From assembly GCF_963921235.1 (NCBI RefSeq), contig NC_086097.1, positions 175,896,001 to 175,960,000 on the forward strand: a stretch of 64,000 nt of DNA, given 5' to 3'. The notes under the pieces are model-generated. The model was not told where the DNA came from. It did no database searches and was given only the letters and a program-made list of their open reading frames with translations. This DNA is from Mobula hypostoma. Its lineage: Eukaryota. Below, piece by piece: positions 39,601 to 51,600 of the stretch (the stretch's first letter is position 1; each line of letters opens with the position of its first letter). The translations under genes and the position numbers were made by a program.

Positions 39601-42600
39601 CTTGAGAACAGGGTGTGGTGTGCTGAGACTTGCACATTCCCTGGGAACCTTCTCAGCATCTTGTGGAATTTCCCATTTGTGACGTTATGTCACCACTCTT
39701 TTTTAAAAAAAAAGAATCAGATTTCGGAGGTTTTTGGATTTTGGAATTGTGGGGAAGGGGTGCTCAACCTGTATCTGCAAATCCACTAGTCTGCTGGTGG
39801 TTGAAGACAGTCTGTCCCGAGGTTGGAAAACTATGTATATGTACGTGTTAGTAGGTAGGAGTGAGGAATGGGGCTTGTTTGGTTACTTTTTGTATTCTGT
39901 GTTATTCTGCTGAGCGTTGTGGATATGCTAAGTAGGCGCTGGAATGCGTGACAATACTTGTGGTCTGCCACAGTACACCCTTAGGTTGTGCTGGTTGTTA
40001 ACGCAAGCAATGCATTTCACTGTATATTTTGATGTACATGTAATAAACAAATGAACCTGAATCTCATTCTTCAAACAATCCCACATTTTCCAATCTCAGT
40101 ATTCAATCCCTTGTTATTGGGGCCACTGCAGTAAATCCTAGCTAGGCCCACTCTGGGACTGTCCTCTCCATCTGATCACCGAGACGCTTTGGTGCTTCTT
40201 TCCATGCTTGTGAAAAACAACTATTCCCACTAATTTTTCAAAATTTTCCTCTAGCTTTGTCCCAGTTTCTAATTACTCATTCAATGGAGTGACTGGCACT
40301 TACGGAACACAGCGACTTCCCAGGGCTTTAAGAGAGGCTATGTAAGGGTCAACTTCAGTGGCAATGATTAATAAATATTGAGGTTATGCCTTGAAGAATC
40401 AGATGGTTTTACGACAACCCAGTGCTTTCAGAGTCATTGCAAAAGAGATTACTTTTGTAATCTCAGACTTGTACTTACTTAAATTAATTTACAATTCCCA
40501 GCTACTTTGATGGGAATTCAAGTTCTGTCCTTAGACCTTCGGTTCTTAATTAGAACACAAGAACAGTACAGCACTCATTGCCGTGTCAAATGAATTAAGC
40601 TAGCAAGTAACTGACTAACTAACTAAATTAACCACCTCTGCCTAGGCAATGTCCACATGCCTCCATTGGTTGGACATTCATGTGACAATCTAGCAGCCTC
40701 TCTATCACATTTGCCTTCATAATGAATCCTGGCAGCACATTCCAATCACCCATCACCCTCTGTGTAAAACTGCCTCACATATCTCCTTCCAGCTTTCCCC
40801 TTGTCACCTTAAATGCATGCCCTCTAAAATTATACATTTCAAATCTGGGAAAAGATACCAGTTGGCTATTAATGCCTCTCATAATCTGATAAACTAGTAT
40901 CAAGTCTTCTCTCTGCCTCTGCTGTTCCAGAAAAAAACAACCCAAACATGCCCAACATCTCTTCCAAAAGCATGTCCACTAATCCAGACAAAATCCTGGT
41001 AAACCTCTACTGCACCCTCCTCCCAAGTCTTCACATCTTTTCTGTAATGGGGTAACTAGAATTGAACGTGTAGGGCTCTCAGTAATATTAGATGGACTGT
41101 TAACTGTTAATTGCCTATTACAAAATGGCTTCTCTGAAGTGTCAAAATAAAATGGTTTCTCGCACTGTCAACTTCAGAGTAAGGAGTTCTCTGTGGCAGC
41201 ATGTTTGGGTTATACTTAGTGATAATGGAAATTGTATTCGTTTGCTAGCCAATGGAGGTCATGTTATGCTATCTTGTATGTGTGTGCTGAGCTGAGGATC
41301 ACGGGCTTTTTTGGGAGGAGAACCGAAGAGGAAGGACGTGCTGGACGTGCTCTGGTCGACCACCGTGGTTGGACCCAGGCGGCAGGTCGAGGAGGTCGGC
41401 GGGAATTGAATGGTGGAACGAAGACCCCATTAATTGAGCTCCAACGGTTGTGCACGAAGTGGTTGAACTCTGATAAGTTTGGTGCCTTTTACTTTCCTTT
41501 TATATTCTATCTCTATTAATTACACAGTTCCAGTAAGATTTATAAAGTGTAATCTGTAAATCATACATAGTGTGCTGTCTGATATTTGATGTGTGAGTTT
41601 GTACCAGATGGTGTTACACAGTAACTACGCAAAAGTGATTCATGGTTTGCTGGGCAGACCGGGTTTCCCCTAGACAAACACAAGTGGATAGCCCTGAGCA
41701 TTACATTTGCGGGGGCCATCATCCGGGGTTGAATTCTGTGGAAGCTGTGTAAATTGCCACGTTAAGTTAGTGCAGAGATGGACCGGGATAAGATTGCAAG
41801 CTGGTGTGAGTCCGAGGACGTACCGGTTAATCATGCGCGCGTGTTAAGTGGGGTGGATTTCCGCACTTCGGAAGAAGTGCTAGTGAGAGGGTTGAGTCTG
41901 ATTAAAGCCATCGGTAAGGTAGAACTCGTAGCTAGAAGGTGTGGTAAAGTAGTGGAATCCAGCTTGGTGTTGGTTCGTACGAGTGCTCTCGTCATCATGT
42001 TGGAACTGCCAGCAACGGTCAGCGTCCCGAGAGGTGGGGCTGTGGGGCCTCCACACCCTCCTGGAGGACAAATGTGAGGAGACACTGGAGGAAGAGCTTG
42101 ATGAGGCACCAGGGGAGGTGCCAGTAGCCAGTGGTGGAGGGTTGAAGGAATTTGCGAGGGAACGAGTTCTCAGGGTAATGAGGGAGGAGGGGCAAGAGGG
42201 GTCAGAGTGGGAAGGATTGGTCAGGCCCCGTCCCCCAGCTAGAGGTGAGACCTCCGAGTTGGCAGCCGCCATTACCTCCCTGGCGAGAAGGGCCGAGGGG
42301 CCCCACCCGAAGCTGGGAATTTTCTCAGGAGCCATGCCCACCCCGGAAGGGGAGGACGTTTTTGAGATATGGATCGAAAACATGTCCCAGTTGTTAGGGG
42401 AGTGGCCAGGCTCGGATGAAGAAAAGAGACAGTGATTGATGGAAAGTTTGCGGGGAGTGGCGGCTGGTGTCGTCCGAGGGGGTGAAAGCTGAACAGTCCT
42501 CGGCTTCCCAGGCGGAGTACAGGTGTCCCCAGCTTTTCGAATGTTCGCTTTACGAAACCTTACTGTTACGAAAGACCAACATTAGTTCCTTGTTTTCGCT

Positions 42601-45600
42601 AATAGGTGTTTTCACTGTTAGAAGAAAGGCAGTGTGCGGGGAAAAGCAGTGCGCGAAAAAAAACAGCGCGCGATAAAAGGCAGTGCTCTCCCCCGGATTC
42701 GGAATGGCATTCTCGCCGGCATTGCTTTAACACTTGCCTGTGAGCAGCCATTAGCAAGATGAGTTCTAAAGTATCGGAAAAGCTGAAAAGAGCTCATAAG
42801 GGTGTTACACAGCGTAAAACTAGACATAATTAAGCGTTTCGATCGTGGCGAACGAAGTAAGGACAAAGTGAGTTTGGCTTGTGAAAGTTGACGAAGATGA
42901 TGTTGTAAAGGTTTTGGCATCCCATGACCTAGAACTGATAAATGAAGAGGTGATGCAATTGGAAGAGGAAAGGATAACAATTGAAATGGAATTCAGTAGC
43001 GAAAGTGAAGTCGTTCAGGAACTGAACGTGATGCAACTTTGTGAGATTTTTGCTGCAATGATAAAGTATGACTTTAATTTTGAAAGGGTACGTAGCTTTA
43101 GGGCATACTTGCAAGATGGTTTGAGTCCTTACAAAGAACTGTATGATCTAAAAATGTGCGAGGCTAAGCAGTCAAGCAAGCCTTCCACATCAGCCACAGC
43201 AGACGACAAACCTCGACCTTCGACATCGAGGCGGGCAGTCATAGGAGAAGATGAGCTGCCTACCCTGATGGATGATGAGATGACACCCCAGTGTCTCACC
43301 ACCCCAATCCCCATGCCGCAGACAGATACCAATTTGTGGAGAATGTAGCAGTAGCCGGGATGCACCCAGCACATCTTTAAGAAAAAAAGCCGAAATAAAC
43401 ATGCTAATTAATTAGGTGCCGCCCGGTTGCAGCGCCTCTGATCTGGGTCAACATTTACGTGCCAGGCAGCACCTAATTAATTAGCATGTTTATTTCGGCT
43501 TTTTTCTTAAAGATGCGCTGTGTGCCTCCCGGCCACGGTTGTACCCCTGCATGCTTCACGGATCGGTATCAGTCGGTGGCCCGGAGGGTGGGGGCCGCTG
43601 CACCACCCAAACTCCGACGACTCAGTCTAACACACCATCATCAGTGTGCTCGATGTCTTCCCGATTCCCGTGATGCTACACTGTACATACATTATTTCTA
43701 CTTTATATAGGCTGTGTATTTTTACGTGTTATTTGGTATGATTTCATAGCTGAAAGGTTACTGGAGAGAGTGTTTGTGCCAACAGTGCTTGCGTGAGATT
43801 TCCTGCCGAGAGCGCTTGCGTGAGATTTTCGCTACGGGGAACAGTGCCGGCAATGATTGTGGAAAAGTATTTCTACTTTATATAGGCTGTGTATTTATCA
43901 TATCATTCCTGCTTTCACTATATGTTACTGCTATTTTAGGTTTTATGTGTTATTTGATATGATTTGGTAGGTTATTTTTGGGTCTGTGAATGCTCACAAA
44001 ATTTTCCCATATAAATAAATGGTAATTGCTTCTTCGCTTTACGACATCCCGGCTTATGAACCATTTCATAGGAACGCTCCACCTTCGGATGGCGGGGAGA
44101 CTATCTGGAAGCTTTGGAGGGTGCGTTTGGATTGACGGGAGGTTCCTGGGAGCTTTTAGCAGAGTTTCAAAACATGCAGCAGGAAAGAGGGGAAAGCTCT
44201 CAGAATACATTTTTCGGCTGGAGATAATGCTTAGTGGGTTGCGGCACCGAGGGGTAGTGAAGACGGACGAGGTGGCGAAGTTGAGGATGAATCAGATATC
44301 TAGAGGTTCCCTGGGGGAGGACAAGGCGGCTTGGAGTCTTCGGCAGTCCTATAAACGGAGCCCCTCTCCATCGTTCGTTCAGCTGATTAGAGAGGTGCGG
44401 GAGGATGAGAGCACGTTGGGCTGGAAAGAGGGCTCTGGCCACCGGGGACAATCCTCAGCAGTACGGGAGGTGGTGGCAGGGTTGAGAATCGAGCGACCCA
44501 AGGGGTCCCAGGTGGATAGGGACCCCTCGCATGAGTAGGTTGACAAGGACAGCACCCCCTTCAGGGGACGGGCCACTCAGAGGGCTTGGAGTGGCGGCGG
44601 GTAGCATGTGCCATAACTGTGGAAAAGAGGGGCATTTCCGGCGGGAATGTGAGTGGCAGGAGGTATGCTACAGCTGTGGGGAAGAGGGACACTTCCGGAG
44701 GGATTGTGAGAGACAAGACGCCCTGCGGAGGGCAAGTCCCCGGGTGACTAAGAAGGGAGAGGTGTCGGGAATCTTAGGAGAGACTCAGTGAGGGAACGGA
44801 CTGGAGTCTCTGGAGGAACACATTCCCCAAAATCTACCATGGGACCTCCACAAGCCCAAGCCCTTATTCCAGATAGATTAGTGGGACCCTGCTCCAGCGT
44901 GTCCCTACGGATAGACGGAATCTTCGCAAGGGCCATCCTCGTCGCAAGGGTCGCAAGTCACCTTATTGTACCAGTCATTCTACAACAAACATCTAAAGCA
45001 TTTGCCCGTAACCCCGTTTAATGGCCTGGAGATTTGGGGTGTCAGTGCTGGCGATTATCCGTATGATGGGTATTTGTCAGTGAGACTGGAGTTTTCAGAA
45101 GCCGATGTGGGAGTGTCTGAAATTCTGGAAACGTTAGTGCTGGTTTGTCCGGACTCGGTTGAGGCTGGGGGGGGGTGCTTCAGTTCCGATGGGGACCAAC
45201 ACCCCTGTGGTGTGGAGGCTCATGGGGGCCTGCCAGGAAAGGGCGGGTGAGAACTTCTTGGAGACCCGGGCAGTGCTCCCAGTGTTTCGAGCTGCTTTTG
45301 AGGCAGTGTGGAGCCACCCTGGGCCAGATACTGAATGTAAGCGAGGGACTGTGTGGTGCACCCAGTCGAAGCCTAAGGTAATAAGGCCTGGGAAAGTAGC
45401 GAGGGTGATGGGAACCCCCAGATTTCCCAGTGTGCTTGATGGCGAGGCCCTTTTAGTAGACACCCCGGAAGACCTCGAGGGGGAGTCACGATTTCTGGCT
45501 GGGGTGCTGGTGAGGCCCGAAGTGCAGAGGCCCTCGGTGATACAGGCGAGCAGGATGCTGTGATTGTCAGGAACACCACGGCGAGAGAGATCACCTTTAA

Positions 45601-48600
45601 GAGAGGGATGCCCCTGGCTCATTTGCTCCCTGTGACTGTAATGTCGAGTGGCCCCGTGAGGCCTGCTGGGTGCGGGGGGAATGATTAGAAAACAGAGGGA
45701 AACTGACTGCCGAGGCCTTTAATTTTGGGGACTCGCCGGTGCCGCCGGGTTGGAAGAAAAGGCTGGTGCAGAAGATGTTGAAGCTGGAAGATGTTTTTTC
45801 CTGTGGCGAGTTCAATGTGGGTTGTTCCAAGAGCACTCGCCACACCATCCGGGTGACTGAGGACACCCCGTTCAGAGAGAGGTTGCGGCGACTGGCCCCT
45901 GCAGATATGGAAGATGTGTGCCAGCACCTGTGTAAGTTGAAGGAAGCTGGGATCAACTCTGAATCCCGAAGCCCTTATGTGTCTCCAATAGAGGTGGTCC
46001 GGAAGAAGAACAGGAAGGTACGCATATGTTTGGACTATAGGACTCTGAACTTGCGCACTGTCCCTGACCAGTATACAGTCCTGAGGGTCAAAGACGTGCA
46101 GGCCTGTCTGAGTGGGGCGAAGTGGTTTAGTGTGCTGGACCTGAGGAGTGGATACTACCAGATCCCGATGAGTGAGGCCGACAAAGAGAAGACGGCATTT
46201 ATATGCCCTCTGGGATTTTTCCAGTTCAAAAGGATGCCACAGGGCATATCAGGAACCTTTGCCATCTTCCAGAGGGTCATGGAGAAGATGGTGGGGGATA
46301 TGAATTTGCTTGAAGCGTTGGTGTATTTGGATGACTTGATAGTATTTGGATCCACCTTGTAAGAGTACAAAGCGAGGCTACAGAAGGTGCTAAGCAGACT
46401 GAAGGAGGAAGGGTTGAATCTCTCCCTGGACAAATGCCAGTTCTGCAAGACGTCTGTTAGCTATGTTGGGCACATAATCTCACTGCATGGAGTAGCTACA
46501 GACCCGGCTAAGATAGAAGCGGTGACCACGTGGCCGAGGCCCCAGACTGTGAGCACTCTGTGCTTGTCCTTGGGATTCTGTGGTTATTATCAGAGATTGG
46601 TGAAGGGCTACGCCAAAGTGAGTCACCCCTTGAACCAGCTTCAGCGTGCTTACTCCCCCCCACCCGGGGCAGAAAAGTAGAAGGGGACAGGAGACTGGAG
46701 ACTATCTCAACCCATAGGAGCCCTTTGGACAGAGGTGGGATGCAAAATGTGAGGAAGCTTTTAAATCACTGGAAGAGTTGCTGACCCAGGTACCGGTGCT
46801 GGCTTTTGCGGACCTCCGGTTACCCTATGTACTACACACCGATGCCAGCCGGGAGGGATTAGAGGCCATCTTGTATCAAGATCAGGGTGCCGGGTTGAGA
46901 CTTGTAGCGTTTGTCAGCCGGAGTTTGTTGCCCTTCACTTAGTTATATCCTGACGTCAGCGAAACTGGATGCTACGGGCCATCGGTGGTTGGCGGCCTTG
47001 TCGTCGTGATTTCAGCCTGAAGTACCGGCCGGGGAGCAGGAATGTCGATGCGGACGCTTTGTCCCGACAGGCGCATGAGGAACTGGAGAGGGACCAGGAG
47101 TGGGAGAGTGTTCCTGCATCTGGGGTGAAGGCCATGTGTCAGTTTGCTATCACTGTGAAGGCTGAGGAAAAGGAGATGCCATATTGTGCAGTGGAGCCAT
47201 TAGGAGCTTCTGACGATGCCTTGCCCCCAGTTTACTGTGACTTGACTGCTCTGAAGAGCAAACAGCTGCTGGAATTGAGTCCTGGGGAAGTGGCAGCTGC
47301 TCAGCGAGATGACCCGGGCATTGGTATCATTTGGTACGCAGTGGAAAAGGGGGATATGGCGTGGCCAGAGAAGACGAAACACGCTTCGGTGCCTCCATTA
47401 CTGAGGGAATGGCCTCGGTTGAAGTTGAGGAAACGAATTTTATACCGGGTCACATCACCCCCGGACCAACCTCAGTGTTGGCAGTTGATCCTGCCTGAGT
47501 AAGTATTGGAAGATTGCGTTGAAGTCACTACACGATGATTCTGGACATCTGGGGGTGGAGAAGACCTATGGATTGCTCAGAGACAGGTTTTACTGGCCTC
47601 GAATGAAGTCGGAGGTTGAAGAATACTGCAAGTCATGCATTTGCTGCATACGGTGGAAGACACCGCTTGTGCAGGCCGCTCCTTTGTCACACTTGCAGAG
47701 TGCAGGGTACCTGGACTTGGTGTGTATGGATTTTCTGTCCACAGAACCTGATGCCAGCAACATGGCGAATGTCTTAGTCCTCATGGATCACTACACTAGA
47801 TACGCTCAGGCTTTTCCGACTAAGGACCAGAGGGCGACTACGGTGGCAAAAGTTTTTATGAGAGAAGTATTTTGTGCATTATGGTCTTCCCCGGTGAATA
47901 CATAGTGACCAGAGACGGGACTTTGAGAGTAGGCTCATCTATGAGTTACTGGGCATGCTGGGAGTTGAGAAATCGAGGACCACGCCCTATCATCTGCAGG
48001 GCGATCCCCAGCCAGAGAGGTTTAATTGGACCTTGCTAGACATGCTCAGGACTCTAGAGCAGATGGAGCCAACATATTGGGCATCTGGTTCACTGTCACA
48101 ACTGTACACGCAATGAAGCTACTGGGTACTTGCCCTATTATCTGATGTTTGGGCGCAAGGCGAGGTTGCCCATTGACCTCTGTTTGGGGACTGACTCGGG
48201 TGACGTACAGCCGAAGCCTTATCTGAAGTATGTGTCTGATATGAGCAGAGAGCTGAAAAGGGCTTATGAGTTGGTTGGGGTGGCGGCCGCCAGGCAGAAT
48301 TGGGGAAATAAAAGGAGGTATGACCAGAAAATGAGGTTCTTCCAACTCCTGCCGGGAGACCGAGTCCTTATAAGGAATTTGGGTTTACCTGGAAAGCATA
48401 AGATGGCTGATTGCTGGGCAGCATTGCCCTATGTGGTGGAGAGTCAGATGCCAAACCTACTGATTTTCTGGGTGTGGCCCGAGGACGAGAACGGGCCTGC
48501 CAAGATTCTACATCAGAATCACCTGTTGCCCCTGGGGCAAGATGTACAGGTAGAGCAGGAACCTGACGAGGCGGCTGCACCCAATACCAGGAGTCTGTGT

Positions 48601-51600
48601 CCGTGCAGGGTGGAGGACGTGCCTACCCTGGGAGAGAAGGGCCCGGGCCCAGCCCCTGTGAGGGATACTGACTCGGAGGATGATGACTGGGATGGTTGGT
48701 ATATTCTGCCTTTCGCTGATGCTCCTGAGATGGAGGAAGAGACTTCTGGCCTTTCCCCCACTGGGTTAGACAGGGCTAGTGAGGGGCAGTCCATGGTACC
48801 CCAGGACGCTGAAGGAGAGGATGTAGGGCCTGAACCAGAGGTAGAGGGTTCTGAGGTGCAGAGGAGCTTGGGTGACCGATTGGGGGAGGATTCACCTCGT
48901 AGCTTCAAAGGGTCCCCTGTAGTGCCTGAGGTGGAAGAGTTAAAAAAGGGGGTACGTAGGGCTCAGAGAGGTTGGAACCCTCCGGAAAGGTTGACCTATG
49001 TAGCACCCGGGGAACAGGGTGTGATCTCTACTGTTTTGGGAAGTCAAGTCACTGCTTTCTGCACGTGGATTGGGCTGTGTGTTCTGCAGGAAGGGATGGC
49101 AAATTAGTTGAGCGCATGAGGGCATGACTTAATTCGGTGGGGTGAGAATGTAGGGTTCTCAGTAATATTAGATGGACTGTTACCTGTTAATTGCCTATTA
49201 CAAAATGGCTTCTCTGAAGTGTCAAAATAAAATGGTTTCTCGTACTGTTTACTGCTGAGTAAGGAGTTCTCTGTGGCAGCATGTTTGGGTTATACTTCGT
49301 GATAATGGAAATTGTATTCGTTTGCTAGCCAATGGAAGTCATGTTATGCTATCTTGTATGTGTGTGCTGAGCTGAGGATCACGGGCTTTTCGGGAGGAGA
49401 ACCGAAGAGGAAGGACGTGTTGGACGTGCTCTGGTCGACCACCATGGTTGGACCCAAGCGGCAGGTCGAGGAGGTCGGCAGGAATCGAATGGTGGAACGA
49501 AGACCCCATTAATTCAGCTCCAACGGTTGTGCACGAAGTGGTTGAACTCTGATAAGTTTGGCGCCTTTTACTTTCCTTTTATATTGTATCTCTATTAATT
49601 ACATAGTTCCAGTGAGATCTATAAAGTGTAATCTATAAATCGTACGTTGTGTGCTGTCTTGATATTTGATGTGTGAGTTTTTACCAGGTGGCGTTACACA
49701 GCAACTACGCAAAGGTGAGACATGGTTTGCCAGGCAAACGGGATTTCCCCTAGATAAACACGAGCCAATAGCCCTGAGCGTTACAAATGCAATACCCCAG
49801 ATGCAGCTAATCGGAGTTTTATAAAGCTGCAACACAACTTCACGACTCTTGAACTCAGTGCTTTGACTAACAAAGGCGAGCACGCCAAATGTCTTCTTTA
49901 CCATCCTATAAACCCGTGCAGTCACTTTCAGTGAGCTATGGACTTTTATTTCAAGATCTCTCTGTACATCAATTCTGCTAAGGGGCCTTCTATTAACTGG
50001 GTACTTTGCTTTTACATTTGATTTTCCAAAGTGCAACAACTCAAACTTGGCCAGATTAAACTCCATCTGCCCATATCTGCAACTAATCTATACCTCACTA
50101 TATATGTGGCAATCTTCTACACAATCCACAACACCAGCAGACTTTGTATTGTCTGAAAAATTGGATGAAAGCATGAATGACTTTCCCCAACCACATTTTC
50201 ATCCAAATCATGCAGAAACATGACTACACCACCTGAGAAATAAACATACAATCATGAGTTACCGTCACGCACTATTGATAAAACTGCATCAATAACCACA
50301 TTACTCTGATCTATCCGCATCGCGAAACTATTAGACAGAACAAAGATATTTGATTTATATGTACAAATCAAGGTTCTAATAAAAAACTCATACAAAGATA
50401 GAGATGAAACATCAAACGAGTTGCATTGATAAATGAAATGATTAAAAATAGATTCGTTGACTGTGAAATAAGACTCAAAGCAAGGACTGCATGAGGTTAC
50501 CCAGTGAAAGCCATTCATCTGCTTACAGCAACACACACAAATGCTGGAGGAATCCTGTCTCATTCAGCTGCATCTATGTTTGAATGATAACTAAACTTGA
50601 TTTGATTTCAATTTGAACTCAGCAAGCCAGGCAGCATCTATGGAAAAAGAGTAAATGGTTGACATTTCCGGCTGAGACCCTTCTTCAGGACTTTTCCTCT
50701 TTTCCATATACAGTATGCTGCCAGACCTGCTGAGTTCTTCCAGCACTCTGTGTGTGGTGCCTTGTAATTCCAGCATCAGCAGATTTTCACATGCTTGTGA
50801 TTCATCTGTTTATGCTGCTCAAAGTAAATCTCATAATCCTCGGAGGATGAAAAACCTGGAGAGCTAATGTGAAATTTTCAGAAATCTTCAAAAGCCTTCG
50901 GAGATTCATTGCAACTTACCGTGAAGTTTGGAGTTACTTCTCGATCCACTTTTCCTGTGATGATTAGGTTGCCAGTAAGGGAATCAATCACAAAGAGCCC
51001 AATTGGTGGCTTGTCAGCACCAGGTCCAGTAATCTTGTAGGTGATTTTAACATCAGGTAAGGAATCAAAATCCGACCTGATCTAAGGCAAAGAAAGATAG
51101 GAGAGATTATTTTACTTGTATTTTTCCATATATACACACAGTAGATTCTGGTTAATTGGGCCATTGATTAATCAGGACAGCTGCTTATTTAGGACAACGC
51201 TTAAAGAACAAAAACAAATCAAGAAAATAACTGGGATTCCCTTCATTTATTTGGGACAATACACCATATAACTGGGGCAGAAGACTTGTTGAATATTTTC
51301 CAACCAGGGTCAGTCGTGTCCATGTCTTGCGGCCATTAGACGCTACACTGTGTTTACAGCAAAACAGTTTTTAAACTGTGTCAGTTGCATGTGTTTGTGT
51401 TCAAAAAGGAGTGACTTTTGTCATTGATAGTTGGTGAAAAACAAGCAGCAGACAATTCAGAACTGTTCTGCTCACTGCAGTTTCAAGTATTCAAATGTGG
51501 AAATGCCAGAAATGAACGTGAAATGATTCCACTACCACAAGTTAGGGACTACAAAGAATTTGAAGGCATTGACAATCAGTTTGAAAGTTAAATTCGGTCC

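Larger units (their letters stand above)
41778..44791 (+). pseudogene. PNMA-like gag of the Gypsy element (frameshifted, split by a Tigger insertion)
   Basis: MDRDKIASWCESEDVPVNHARVLSGV...; KLGIFSGAMPTPEGEDVFEIWIENMSQLLGEWPGSDEEKRQ*LMESLRG; AE|YLEALEGAFG across the insertion; two CCHC knuckles CHNCGKEGHFRREC and CYSCGEEGHFRRDC. Confidence 0.88.
41069..49785 (+). mobile_element. Full-length decayed Gypsy/Ty3 LTR retrotransposon
   Basis: Two 637-bp LTRs (41069-41705, 49149-49785) with TG...CA; near-TSD aacg/aatg; tRNA-Pro-like PBS gggggccatcatccggg after the 5' LTR; PPT ggtggggtgagaa; gag-PR-RT-RH-IN order. Inserted in a minus-strand CR1 whose halves (40560-41068, 49786-50210) rejoin. Confidence 0.96.
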
